Below are positions 29,781-39,879 of a stretch of DNA of 64,000 nt, piece by piece; positions within the stretch are counted from its first letter, which is position 1, and every line of letters begins with the position of its first letter. The stretch comes from a candidate division WWE3 bacterium RIFCSPHIGHO2_02_FULL_38_14 (lineage in GTDB: Bacteria; Patescibacteriota; WWE3; UBA101185; UBA10185). The stretch spans positions 62,812-126,811 of the forward strand of contig MEVD01000003.1 of assembly GCA_001772865.1 (NCBI GenBank). The letters run 5' to 3'. The position numbers and the translations under genes are program-made. The notes under the pieces were generated by a model. It was given only the letters and a program-made list of their open reading frames with translations. It ran no database searches and was not told the origin of the DNA.

Positions 29781-30986
29781 ATGAGGATATTAAGAATTAT
29801 ATATGAATGGCCTCCTCCCTGGCACGGATTAGCCCCTCACCCATATGAACTCAGTATATCGCAGGCTAATATGGGTCAAAAAATTGATGTTTTCTGCGGT
29901 TGGTGGCCTAAATCCGGTCCTGTAGAGAAGTATCCTAATATAGAGATACACCCGTTTATAAGAGAACCGCTGCCTGCTACTGTGTCATTTACAACTTCAA
30001 TCCTAATGTTTATTTTCTTTTTAATGTGGCCGTTTAAAAACAAAGTGGATATAATCCATTGCCATGGACATTTTGCAATTTGGATTTATCTTTATAGACT
30101 AATGCTGCAGAAATTCTCAAAAGATTCGGATGATCTGAGTATTCCTCTGGTAGTTCATTTTCATAATACTGTAGCCGGCAGGTGGAAAGCAGCAGAAGAA
30201 AAAGAGATTAAATTAAAATGGTATACACGATACATACAATGGCCAATTGAAAAGCTGGCAAACAAATGGGCTGTCAAAGCAGCTAATGCAATGATTTTTG
30301 TAAGTGAGGAAAATAAAAAAGAGGCAATCGAATATTATAAAGCTGATGCCGATAAGTGTTTTATTGTGGAAACCGGTGTCAATATAAACACCTTTAAGCC
30401 GACGACTTTGGAAGAAAGGGAAAAATCAAGGAATGAACTGGGTTTTGATCCCTTTGAAAAAATTATTCTGAATAACGGTTCAATGGTAGAAAGGAAAAAT
30501 ATTCATTTATTGGTGGAATCGCTTTCCTATTTACCTTCTAACTTCAGACTTTTGCTGGTAGGACCGGGAGATGTTGATTATCTTAATAAAATTAACGAAA
30601 TAATTGAAACTAATCATCTGGAAGGCCGGGTTACTAAAATAGGATATACACCATATCCTCAAATTCCTATAGCCTTTCAGGTTGCTGATATATTTGTGCT
30701 TCCTTCCGGCTTTGAAGGTCTTCCAAAAGTTGTAATGCAGAGCTTAGCTTGCGAAGTACCGGTTCTGGCATCAGGATTTAAATTAATGGATCATATTGAC
30801 GGTCTTTATTATCTGGAAAATCTCGAGCCGAAATTTATTGCCGAAAGTATTTTGCAAATAATAGAAAATCCTCGAAAGGTAGACAGATTTAAAATAATTC
30901 ATTCTTACTCATGGGAAGTGAAAGCAAAGCAGATTGATGAAATATATAAATTTGTAATAAAAAATATGGCAAATGCCGGAGTATAA
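29781..30986 (+). CDS. GT4 glycosyltransferase
   Basis: DIIHCH, RKNI and ADIFVLPSGFEGLP motifs. Confidence 0.9.
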   Translation: MRILRIIYEWPPPWHGLAPHPYELSISQANMGQKIDVFCGWWPKSGPVEKYPNIEIHPFIREPLPATVSFTTSILMFIFFLMWPFKNKVDIIHCHGHFAIWIYLYRLMLQKFSKDSDDLSIPLVVHFHNTVAGRWKAAEEKEIKLKWYTRYIQWPIEKLANKWAVKAANAMIFVSEENKKEAIEYYKADADKCFIVETGVNINTFKPTTLEEREKSRNELGFDPFEKIILNNGSMVERKNIHLLVESLSYLPSNFRLLLVGPGDVDYLNKINEIIETNHLEGRVTKIGYTPYPQIPIAFQVADIFVLPSGFEGLPKVVMQSLACEVPVLASGFKLMDHIDGLYYLENLEPKFIAESILQIIENPRKVDRFKIIHSYSWEVKAKQIDEIYKFVIKNMANAGV

Positions 30987-30988
30987 GT

Positions 30989-32533
30989 GTGCGTAACCTG
31001 TTTTTTCTTTCTATAGTTTCATTTATAGCCTTACATATTTTCCTGATTAATTTTAATTACGCGGAATGGGGGGATACTTACAGGATTCTGAGAGCTTCTG
31101 AATTTATAAGAAATCTTTCATACCCGGAAGATGAAAAAAGACCGCCATTATTTTCAGCGGTTTTGGCTGTCAGACCTGAAAATGTAGATCAGATATTTTG
31201 GGGCAGAGTGGTAATGTTTTTCATGTCGATATCTGCTTTTATTGTTTTTTTTAAACTGACAGAAATTTATTTGAAGTCGGATTTTGAAAAAGTTTTAGCA
31301 GTTATTTTATTTATCCTAAATCCCGTCTATTTATATTGGTCGATAAGAATTTATGCTGACGTTCCATTTAGTATTTTATGTATGCTGGCATTGCTTTTGT
31401 ATTCTAAATGGAGATTGACATTAAACTTGGCCAAAGTGTTCATCCTGTCACTGGTAGCCAGCATGGCAATTTTGACAAGATTTGAAGGTTTTATACTATT
31501 TGCCGCTTTAGGTGTAGCTTTATTGTTCAATGGACGCTTTCAATTTAAGATTCCGGATTTAAGTAGTTTAAACTTGAAGCAGTTTTTCATGTATTCATTT
31601 ACTACTATGATATTAACAATGCCCTATCTGGTTGTTAAAAATCCTCTTGATTCGAAATATTTAGAAGAAACTGCCGGCAGGTCTTATGACTTAAAAATGG
31701 TCGCTATATTCATGCTGTCGTTTTTATTTGTGCTTGGTTTAAATATGGCAGTTTATTTTTTTGTCAGATCCAAACGCAATTTATTCGGTTTTCTCAAAGA
31801 AAATATTCATATTTTTGCTTTTTTAATATTGGAAATGCTTCTGATTCTGGTTTGGCCGGCGGCTATTCCTAGGCTTTTTGTACCATTAATTCCCGTATTC
31901 ATCATACTTTTTTCAAAAGCAATAAATGATTATTATACTTCAGATGAGAGAGCTCCTAAGTTAATATTTTTTAGTTTAACAATATTATTATTGATTATTC
32001 ATTTGGCTGGCCAATATACTTTTCGACTTCAATTTCTGGTTAATATAAAGTATTTATTGACAGCAACAATATTACTACAATTGGCTGTTTCCGCAGTTTT
32101 ATATTTTAAAAAGAAATATATATTTCTAATGGTACTGGTCATAAGTTTGTCTGTATGGTCTTTAGGGGTTTTATATGTTCATAAAGACATTTACAGATCT
32201 ATAAAAGAGGCCTCTATTTATGCAGCAGAGAATTTTGAAGGAAATGTCGGTTATAACGATGTTAGCAGTATTAGCGATTGGTATTTAAATTATTATGACG
32301 GAGGAAAAAATAATACTGGAACATATCTGTATTACTCTAAAAAAGCCGATTTGAATTACGAAAATCTGACAAAAAAGAAATTAAGCTACCTTTTAATGAC
32401 GAATGAGCATAATACGGATACAACACTGGATATCGAGCAAAGACCTTATTTAAAGCAACTAAAGGAATTCAACTATATAATAAATAACAAAGAATTCTGG
32501 ACTAAGGTATTGGAGATTAAAGAAAATGAGTAA
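30989..32533 (+). CDS. GT-C (ArnT/PMT-like) membrane glycosyltransferase
   Basis: Multi-TM; WGD acidic loop, RPPLF, YADVPF and LTRFEG motifs. Confidence 0.75.
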   Translation: MRNLFFLSIVSFIALHIFLINFNYAEWGDTYRILRASEFIRNLSYPEDEKRPPLFSAVLAVRPENVDQIFWGRVVMFFMSISAFIVFFKLTEIYLKSDFEKVLAVILFILNPVYLYWSIRIYADVPFSILCMLALLLYSKWRLTLNLAKVFILSLVASMAILTRFEGFILFAALGVALLFNGRFQFKIPDLSSLNLKQFFMYSFTTMILTMPYLVVKNPLDSKYLEETAGRSYDLKMVAIFMLSFLFVLGLNMAVYFFVRSKRNLFGFLKENIHIFAFLILEMLLILVWPAAIPRLFVPLIPVFIILFSKAINDYYTSDERAPKLIFFSLTILLLIIHLAGQYTFRLQFLVNIKYLLTATILLQLAVSAVLYFKKKYIFLMVLVISLSVWSLGVLYVHKDIYRSIKEASIYAAENFEGNVGYNDVSSISDWYLNYYDGGKNNTGTYLYYSKKADLNYENLTKKKLSYLLMTNEHNTDTTLDIEQRPYLKQLKEFNYIINNKEFWTKVLEIKENE

Positions 32534-33044
32534 GAGTGCATTGGATAAGGATTCAGATAATTTTCTAAATGTTTTAAAACTGATTTCTGACAGGATGAAT
32601 GGATTAATGTATGCTTTCAGAGGAACTGCCGGACTGGTTATACAGGGGTTGGAAATGAAAATGGAAGATATTGATATTGTATGCAGCAAAGATACAGCAG
32701 TTGCGTCAAATACTTTGTTTAAGGATTTTCTAAAAGAGAAAGTTGAGTATAAAATATCGGATAAATTTAAATCGTATTTTGGTAAATTTAATATAAAAGG
32801 AGTTTTGGTGGAAATTTACGGAGACTGGCAGATACTTGATGCCAAAGGGGTTTGGAGTAAAATCTTTGATGGAAGCGACCGAATTAAAGTAAAATTTAGA
32901 GGTGAGGATTTTTATGTAGTTCCAGCTGATACTGAATTGTTAATGTTTGCATTAATGGGAAGGTGGAGTGCGTTTCATAAAATAAAGAAGCAAGCTTCTT
33001 CTTTTCTCGCAGGAGAGAACTCCCGCTCCAAAATAAAAATATGA
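32526..33044 (+). CDS. Minimal Pol-beta-superfamily nucleotidyltransferase
   Basis: GTAGLVIQG..EDIDI signature; third acidic residue in VEIYGD. Confidence 0.7.
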   Translation: MSKSALDKDSDNFLNVLKLISDRMNGLMYAFRGTAGLVIQGLEMKMEDIDIVCSKDTAVASNTLFKDFLKEKVEYKISDKFKSYFGKFNIKGVLVEIYGDWQILDAKGVWSKIFDGSDRIKVKFRGEDFYVVPADTELLMFALMGRWSAFHKIKKQASSFLAGENSRSKIKI

Positions 33045-33733
33045 AGTTATCCGTAGTTATACCAGTTTATAATGAAAAAAACACAATACAAGAGATTGTG
33101 AAAATGGTTAAAAATGTTGAAATACCCGATGTAGAAAAAGAATTAATTCTCGTTGAAGACGGTTCTAAGGACGGTACTCTGGATATATTGAAAAAAATGA
33201 AAGAAGAGCAAAAAGATTTGAATGTTTATTTTCATAAGGTAAACAGCGGAAAAGGCGCATCGCTTCGTGACGGATTTAAGCTTTCCACTGGAGATTATGT
33301 AATTGTCCAGGATGCTGATTTAGAATACGATCCCCAAGATTATAAAAAGTTAATTAATGCTTTGAAAGATTATAATGCCAAAGTGGTTTATGGCTCCAGA
33401 TTTGCAGGAGATTATAAAGATATGACGAGCCTTCATTATATAGGTAACAAAGTTCTTACTTTACTTACAAATATTCTTTTCGGGGTTAAATTAAATGATA
33501 TGGAGACTTGTTATAAACTTATACCTGGAGATTTTATTAGAAAAATGAATATTAGGTCGAACCGTTTTAATTTCGAGCCCGAAATAACAGCTAAAATTCT
33601 TAAGTCAGGGATGAAAATAGTGGAAGTCCCGATTTCATATAAAGGACGTACATGGAGCGAAGGAAAAAAAATTACCTGGAAAGATGGGATTTCCGCGTTG
33701 CTGACTCTAATTAAATTCAGATTTTTAGATTGA
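33041..33733 (+). CDS. DPM/DPG-synthase-like GT2
   Basis: IPVYNE, QDADLEYDP, DMETCYK, FEPEIT and GKKITWKDG motifs. Confidence 0.92.
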   Translation: MKLSVVIPVYNEKNTIQEIVKMVKNVEIPDVEKELILVEDGSKDGTLDILKKMKEEQKDLNVYFHKVNSGKGASLRDGFKLSTGDYVIVQDADLEYDPQDYKKLINALKDYNAKVVYGSRFAGDYKDMTSLHYIGNKVLTLLTNILFGVKLNDMETCYKLIPGDFIRKMNIRSNRFNFEPEITAKILKSGMKIVEVPISYKGRTWSEGKKITWKDGISALLTLIKFRFLD

Positions 33734-33734
33734 T

Positions 33735-35897
33735 ATGCTTAAGAAAATTTTCGATAATTTTTTACTGATAATTATAATATTTTTTTCTATTGGAGTATTT
33801 CTCGTTAATTTGCGAATGAATATTTTCAGATACGAAAACTTTGACTTCGGTAAGTTTGATTTGGGGAATATGACACAAATGGTATGGAATACCTTAAACG
33901 GACGATTTATGTATTTAACCGATTATTTCGGTACAAACCTCCCAAGGTGGTCCATGAGCCACGTAGATCCTATTTTGGTTCTATTTGTTCCTACCTTTGC
34001 TTTATGGCAGCATTCTTTAAACTTAGTAATTTCTCAGCTGATCCTGGTTATTTTTAGTTCAGTTTTAATATTTAAAATTACCGAACACAAACTCAGATCA
34101 AAATTGGCTGCTTTCTTTTTTGGCCTTTCTTATCTATTTTATCCTGCTGTTGGCTATTTAACGGCCTGGACGGGTTTTCACGGCGTTACAGTTGCAATTC
34201 CGTTTTTCCTTGGAGCTGTATATGTTTTTGAAAGGATGTATAAGTCAAATAATTACCCGCGAAGAAATCTCGTTTTATTCTGGGTGCTATTAGTAGTTAC
34301 AATGATGGGAAAGGAACAGCTACCGTTATATGTGGCGCTGTATGGTATTTTTATAGTTTTATGCCGGTCGGGAATCTGGGACTTTTTAAAAGAAAAATCA
34401 AAACTAACCGAATTGAGTGCCATTGAGGTTTTAAAGATCCTGCTTTTATCTAAAAACGTAAAGCTGGGTTTAGGTGTTTTTAGCGCTGGTGTTCTGTGGT
34501 TTATAACCGCATTTTTTGTAATAATCCCTCTATTTGCCAAATACAGAATTGAAGGATTCGATAAATTTTCCAAGTCATTAGGTCTTGATACTGATATTGT
34601 TCGGGATGTTGCCAGACCAAACTATTTTATCAGCAGATACGAAGAATTTGGCGAATCTTATACTGAAGTATTTTTTAATTTGTTCATGGACCCCCAAAAA
34701 CTAGTGAGAGTAATATTTGGGGGTGATAGGGTAGATAATTTTAGGAAGACATTTGAGCCGCTGGGGTATCTGCCGTTTGCAAACCCTCTGTTTACTATGC
34801 TTGCTGTCCCTGATTTATTGATTAACTACTCTACTACGGCAGGAGGAATCGGAACTTCGGAAATTACCAATCACAGAATTTCCATGATAATACCGGTTCT
34901 CTTTATTTCAACTATTTATGCTGTCGGTTTTATTTCAAACTATTTGTCAGTACTTTTAGTTAAAATTAAAGTTACTCGTTCCTATTTAGTATTAGTTTTA
35001 AGTCTTTTTATTCTCTCTTTAAATGTTTGGAAGACATTTGAATATAATAACCCGGTTTATTTATGGATTACTCAAGCCGTCCAAAAAAGAATCAGTTCTG
35101 TAGCTTATGCAAAGGAAGATATGGAAACCGCTAGGAGTGATAAAGTAAAAGTCGGAGATGTTTTAAGACTCTCCAAGCTGGAAAATAAAGACAGAGAATG
35201 CGCGAATAAAATAATAAAAATGATTCCCGGAGATTCTTCTATTTCGGGGCCCGACTATTTAGGAGCCCATTTAGCCAAAAGAGAAACATACGCTATATTT
35301 CCGGCTTTATACAATGAAGCAGATTATGTAATAGTGGACGTCTTCTCTAAAAAAATATTGAATATCTTAGACGTTGATTTATCTCTGGTAAAAGATGTAA
35401 TAGAAGAACTAATCAAAAGCCCGAATTATAGATTGATGACCGGTTGCGGTAATTTATTTGTATTCAAAAACGTCGGAAATTACGGAAAAGAACAGCTGCT
35501 GCCCTTGCAGGAGAAATTCATTTATCCGGAAAAGTTCAATTACGAAATATTTTTGTCTTTACATATGGTTGACTATGACTATCCTTTGATATTAAAGCGC
35601 GGGGAAAGCGGTGATGCTAAGTTTGTTTATATAAAAAGAGAGGACTCTTCCATTGATGACTATGTGTTATTTTTAACTCTTATCAACGAAAACACAGGTG
35701 AAATATACCAAGTCGCCAACCTTCCGTCATTTGCTATAAAACAGCTTCGGGACTGGAAAGAGGATATTTATTATGAAGAAACTATTGATATAACCCTTCC
35801 CGGATATTTGGATCCGGGCTCCTATAAAGTATTCGTGGGAATGTCGAATATTATAAGGACTAGGAGTATTTATTTGGGGGATATTGAAGTATTATGA
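33735..35897 (+). CDS. DUF2079-like GT-C membrane protein with C-terminal soluble domain
   Basis: FDLGNMTQMVWNT..G, HVDPIL, FH and KE motifs; C-terminal beta-rich PGSYKV domain. Confidence 0.75.
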   Translation: MLKKIFDNFLLIIIIFFSIGVFLVNLRMNIFRYENFDFGKFDLGNMTQMVWNTLNGRFMYLTDYFGTNLPRWSMSHVDPILVLFVPTFALWQHSLNLVISQLILVIFSSVLIFKITEHKLRSKLAAFFFGLSYLFYPAVGYLTAWTGFHGVTVAIPFFLGAVYVFERMYKSNNYPRRNLVLFWVLLVVTMMGKEQLPLYVALYGIFIVLCRSGIWDFLKEKSKLTELSAIEVLKILLLSKNVKLGLGVFSAGVLWFITAFFVIIPLFAKYRIEGFDKFSKSLGLDTDIVRDVARPNYFISRYEEFGESYTEVFFNLFMDPQKLVRVIFGGDRVDNFRKTFEPLGYLPFANPLFTMLAVPDLLINYSTTAGGIGTSEITNHRISMIIPVLFISTIYAVGFISNYLSVLLVKIKVTRSYLVLVLSLFILSLNVWKTFEYNNPVYLWITQAVQKRISSVAYAKEDMETARSDKVKVGDVLRLSKLENKDRECANKIIKMIPGDSSISGPDYLGAHLAKRETYAIFPALYNEADYVIVDVFSKKILNILDVDLSLVKDVIEELIKSPNYRLMTGCGNLFVFKNVGNYGKEQLLPLQEKFIYPEKFNYEIFLSLHMVDYDYPLILKRGESGDAKFVYIKREDSSIDDYVLFLTLINENTGEIYQVANLPSFAIKQLRDWKEDIYYEETIDITLPGYLDPGSYKVFVGMSNIIRTRSIYLGDIEVL

Positions 35898-37387
35898 AAG
35901 AACTTACCAAATGGCAGATCATAAGTTTTTTTTCCCGCGGCGCAGCTATGGCGTTGGGCATTTTTCAGAGCTTTTTCATTGTCCGGTTGCTGACTGTCGG
36001 TGAGTATGGGGTTGTTCAACTGGCGGCTTCTATCGGCGGGGCTTTCGGTATTTATCAGCACTTAGGACTTGCTTCGGGGAGTACCAGAGAAATATCGGCG
36101 GCAAAAGACGACACCGAAATTTTTAAAATTTTTATTACTGCCTTAGTTATTAGGTATGTAGTTACCATTCCGCTGGTACTGTTTCTTTTCTTCTCAGCCA
36201 ATAGCTTAGCGGTTGACACATATAATGATGAGTCATTGATACTCCCGATTAAGATCTATGCTCTGGTATTATTATTTCAAGGTGTACAGAGCATTCTTAA
36301 TTCGGTAATATCCGGAACAAAAAGATTTAAGCATTTATTTCTGTTTCAGTCGGGAATAGCAGTTGTCAGTGTTCTGATTTTTATTCCTCTGGTATATTAT
36401 TATAGTGTTAATGGGTATTTTTACGCTCTGGCTTTTTTTAATTTGATTTCTTCTACAATACTCTCATATTTGGCGTTTAAACCTTTAAGAGGAAAATTGG
36501 TTTTTCCGAGTAAAAGCGATTTCAAGGCATTGTTAAAAGAATTGCTTTCTATCAGCCTGGCGATATATTTTGTAAAGATTCTTTATACGTGGTGGGAAAA
36601 GTCGGGACCTCTGCTTTTAGGTTTGGAAGTATCTAAAGAAACTGTAGGTATTTTTGCATTTGGATTGCTTTATGCAAAAAAACTCATGAATATTTCCGAC
36701 GCAGTGACTGATGTTAATCTTCCAGTTCTGTCGGAAAAATTTGTGAAGGATACAGCAGCGTTTAAAGAAATTTTCAGTAGTAATTTTAATAAAATATATA
36801 TTCTGATCATTTTTGTAGCCGCAAGTGCTGTTTACTGGAGCAAGGATGTAATAACTCTTTTAGTTGGAGGGAATAAATATGATGAATCTTTTCCTTATGT
36901 TCTGCCGTTGGTTTTCGCTTTTGTATTTTATTCATTTATAAATATTATTAAGTCGTCTGTCATAGTTCCGGCTAAGCTGGTAAAAGAACTTATTGCGAGC
37001 TTTGTGGTGCTTTTAGTTGGTACGGTTTTGTTTTTTATTTTGACTAATGAGAACCTTGGTAGTCTTTCTTCTATGTCTTATGCAATGTTAATTGGAGCAG
37101 CTCTAAGTACCGGATTTATGGTTATTATTTCACAGTTCAAATTAAAATTTAAATTTATTACACACGACCATTTTCTATTGATGATTCAGGGATTTACAAT
37201 CGCCTGGGTAGGTGCAGGATATGTTTTATTAAGTGGCCAACCTGCCAGTTTGATTTTAAAAGCCGTCTTATACGTTATATTTATGCTACTATTGTTTTTT
37301 GGCGCGCGAATATCCAATTTTATTTCCAAAGAAGATTTGGAATTTGCTGTTAACATATTTAATAAAATAAACGAAAAAATTAAATAA
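35894..37387 (+). CDS. Wzx-like oligosaccharide flippase
   Basis: About 14 TM segments; RLLTVGEYG, LGL...TREIS and LPVLSE motifs. Confidence 0.85.
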   Translation: MKELTKWQIISFFSRGAAMALGIFQSFFIVRLLTVGEYGVVQLAASIGGAFGIYQHLGLASGSTREISAAKDDTEIFKIFITALVIRYVVTIPLVLFLFFSANSLAVDTYNDESLILPIKIYALVLLFQGVQSILNSVISGTKRFKHLFLFQSGIAVVSVLIFIPLVYYYSVNGYFYALAFFNLISSTILSYLAFKPLRGKLVFPSKSDFKALLKELLSISLAIYFVKILYTWWEKSGPLLLGLEVSKETVGIFAFGLLYAKKLMNISDAVTDVNLPVLSEKFVKDTAAFKEIFSSNFNKIYILIIFVAASAVYWSKDVITLLVGGNKYDESFPYVLPLVFAFVFYSFINIIKSSVIVPAKLVKELIASFVVLLVGTVLFFILTNENLGSLSSMSYAMLIGAALSTGFMVIISQFKLKFKFITHDHFLLMIQGFTIAWVGAGYVLLSGQPASLILKAVLYVIFMLLLFFGARISNFISKEDLEFAVNIFNKINEKIK

Positions 37388-37388
37388 T

Positions 37389-38180
37389 ATGACTTCAAAA
37401 AATGCCTTCGATATAATGAAAGATCAAATAAGGGATAAATATGAAGGAGATCCAGAGTGGAAAGCCGAGTCGGATCGACTTTTTGGTCCTGAGGAAGCTT
37501 CTGCGCTGTGGCATGAATTGGAAAAATCTCATATAATTCCGGAGCCGGAAGCTGATGTAAATATTGTGAGTGTTTCCGCGAACATACCCACTCATGAGTT
37601 AGCGATGTTTAAGGCTGATTTGTTAACCAGAAAGGGTAAAAGCAGATTCGTTATTGGAGATATTTCTGAATTAAGAGTTAAGACATTTATAGATGAATTG
37701 GTTGAACCATATACAACATTCAGAAATAGATTTGCGTATATAAGGTGGGATGCATATAATTTACCGGTTCCGGATAGTTCTGCTGATGTTATATTTGATA
37801 GGAAAGGAGCTCTTTGGCATATTGCTCATAATTATAGGGATACCCAAAAACTTATTGAAACCTTTAAGGAATATCATAGAATACTTAAACCGGGTGGTAG
37901 TTTAGTTGTAGATAATATTGGCGGTTTTGAGGCATATTTAAAAGGGCTTTCACGAGAGCGTCAATTAGAAATAGCTTTAAAGACTTTATCAGGAATACGT
38001 TTTTCAGATATCTATCCTGATGCTCCTATGCAGTACGAGCCTTCAACAATAGATAAAATTAGAACACTAGCCCTTGCTGTGTCAGATAATACGGAATTAA
38101 TAATAACTATTGAAGATCTTTTCGAAATTCAAGACATTGGTGAAGGAGCGTTATCAGTAAAAATATTTACTAAAAAGTAA
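37389..38180 (+). CDS. Class I SAM-methyltransferase-like protein (divergent)
   Basis: WDAYNLPVPDSSADVI and EYHRILKPGGSLVV motifs; glycine-rich motif I absent. Confidence 0.7.
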   Translation: MTSKNAFDIMKDQIRDKYEGDPEWKAESDRLFGPEEASALWHELEKSHIIPEPEADVNIVSVSANIPTHELAMFKADLLTRKGKSRFVIGDISELRVKTFIDELVEPYTTFRNRFAYIRWDAYNLPVPDSSADVIFDRKGALWHIAHNYRDTQKLIETFKEYHRILKPGGSLVVDNIGGFEAYLKGLSRERQLEIALKTLSGIRFSDIYPDAPMQYEPSTIDKIRTLALAVSDNTELIITIEDLFEIQDIGEGALSVKIFTKK

Positions 38181-38239
38181 GTATATTCTGGAAAGTAATG
38201 ACCAAAGAAATTAAATGGTTAATATAATGATACAAATAT

Positions 38240-38268
38240 TTGAAAAAAACTGTGCAATCATTTAAGCT
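38240..38268 (+). promoter_or_regulatory. Sigma70 promoter, leaderless geometry
   Basis: TTGAAA-17-TAAGCT-6-ATG(38275). Confidence 0.55.
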
Positions 38269-38274
38269 ATTTTT

Positions 38275-39879
38275 ATGCATATTTTAAGTAAAAAATGGCT
38301 TTTATTAGGTTTGTTTGTCATTTTATTTTTTGTTACAAGAATTCCAAGGCTGAATAACGACACAATCAACCCCGACGGAGTTAATTGGCATTTCAGGACG
38401 GAGCAGTTTATTGTCGGTTTAAAATTCCGCCAGTTCGAAAGAACATATCAGCATTATCATCCTGGTGTAACTTTAATGTGGATTTCCGGAGTTCCTATAG
38501 AATTTTATAAGCAACTGAATCCGGCAGAGGTGGTTTACAGCCAGTTTAATTTTTCTACTTATGATTATATTGCAAAGCTTTCTCTGGTTTTAGTGCAGTT
38601 TTTTTTGTCACTAGTAACTATATATCTTCTGAACAGAGTTTTATCAGTTTTATATTCAAAGCATTCCTTATTGTTATCAATTGTCAGCGTTGTATTGTTT
38701 TCCATAGAACCATTTTTTATTGGGAATTCGCGTTTATATCATCTTGATATACTTCTGGCTTTGTTTTTATTCGACGGTCTTTTGTTTACTATTTTACATT
38801 TAAGGGAATTTAAATGGATATATGCAGTATTGTCCGGACTGTTTTTATCCTTGGCTTTTTTGACTAAAACACTAGGTTTAGGTGGGATTTTGTTTTATAT
38901 AATTTTTGGCGGATTATTTGCATTTAAGACTTATGGGAAACGGGAAGCGTTAAAGTATTTGTTTTCGGTGCTGGCTCCTTTCTTGATTTTTACTTTTTTG
39001 CTGTTTCCGGCGCTTTGGGTTAAACCTTTGGAAGTGATAATGGAATTGTATAAAGAAGGGGAAAGAGTAGGTGTGAGAAAAGGTCACGGCCAAATTATTT
39101 TAGGCGAATATACCCGTGACGGAGGTCTGTTTTTTTATCCGCTGGTTTTGTTAATGAAAGTTACACCATTTTTGCTGGCGGGAGTTTTTATTTTTACAGG
39201 TTTAGTGGCGCGTAATAATTTAATCAAAAAAAACAATACTATATTGAATTTAATTAAATCCGTTTTTAAAAGTACAAATCTTTCAAATCCTGTAATATAT
39301 TTATCCGTTTTGTATCTGGGATATATACTTGTCATGACGTATCCCACCAAAAAATTAGACAGATATATGATTCCGGTTTTTCCGTATTTGTCACTTATTT
39401 CTGTTTTAGGATTTTATTCTGTCAGAAATTACCTGAATAAATACACTTTGATTACCTTACTGGCTGTATCGGCTATTGTTTTTTATACTATTCCTCTAGC
39501 CAATCTCTACCCGTACTATTTTTTGTATACGAGTCCGGTGTTCGGCTCTTCTCAAAATGCCAATTCAATTCTTGCACAAAAGCCGTTCGGAATAGGCATT
39601 TATGATTTGAAAGATTTTATTAGGGATAATTATGCCGCCGTTTACGGTGACGAACCGAAGCTGGGTTTTATTGATATAAAGCCGATGAAATCTATTTATT
39701 CCAACTCGAAGATATTTGATATCCGCGAAATTAGTTCGTCTAAAATTGATCTTCTGATTTTGGGAGTTAACGAAGAATTTCCCGAAAAAGTGCTGGACAG
39801 CGACATTAAATGGGTAAAAGATAAAGTGTTATTTATAAACGGGCTGGAGTATTGGAGAGTTTATGTTAAAGAAAATTAA
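38275..39879 (+). CDS. GT-C (ArnT/PMT-like) membrane glycosyltransferase
   Basis: NPD loop, HPGVTLMW, HLD, LTK and KKLDRY motifs; multi-TM. Confidence 0.8.
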   Translation: MHILSKKWLLLGLFVILFFVTRIPRLNNDTINPDGVNWHFRTEQFIVGLKFRQFERTYQHYHPGVTLMWISGVPIEFYKQLNPAEVVYSQFNFSTYDYIAKLSLVLVQFFLSLVTIYLLNRVLSVLYSKHSLLLSIVSVVLFSIEPFFIGNSRLYHLDILLALFLFDGLLFTILHLREFKWIYAVLSGLFLSLAFLTKTLGLGGILFYIIFGGLFAFKTYGKREALKYLFSVLAPFLIFTFLLFPALWVKPLEVIMELYKEGERVGVRKGHGQIILGEYTRDGGLFFYPLVLLMKVTPFLLAGVFIFTGLVARNNLIKKNNTILNLIKSVFKSTNLSNPVIYLSVLYLGYILVMTYPTKKLDRYMIPVFPYLSLISVLGFYSVRNYLNKYTLITLLAVSAIVFYTIPLANLYPYYFLYTSPVFGSSQNANSILAQKPFGIGIYDLKDFIRDNYAAVYGDEPKLGFIDIKPMKSIYSNSKIFDIREISSSKIDLLILGVNEEFPEKVLDSDIKWVKDKVLFINGLEYWRVYVKEN

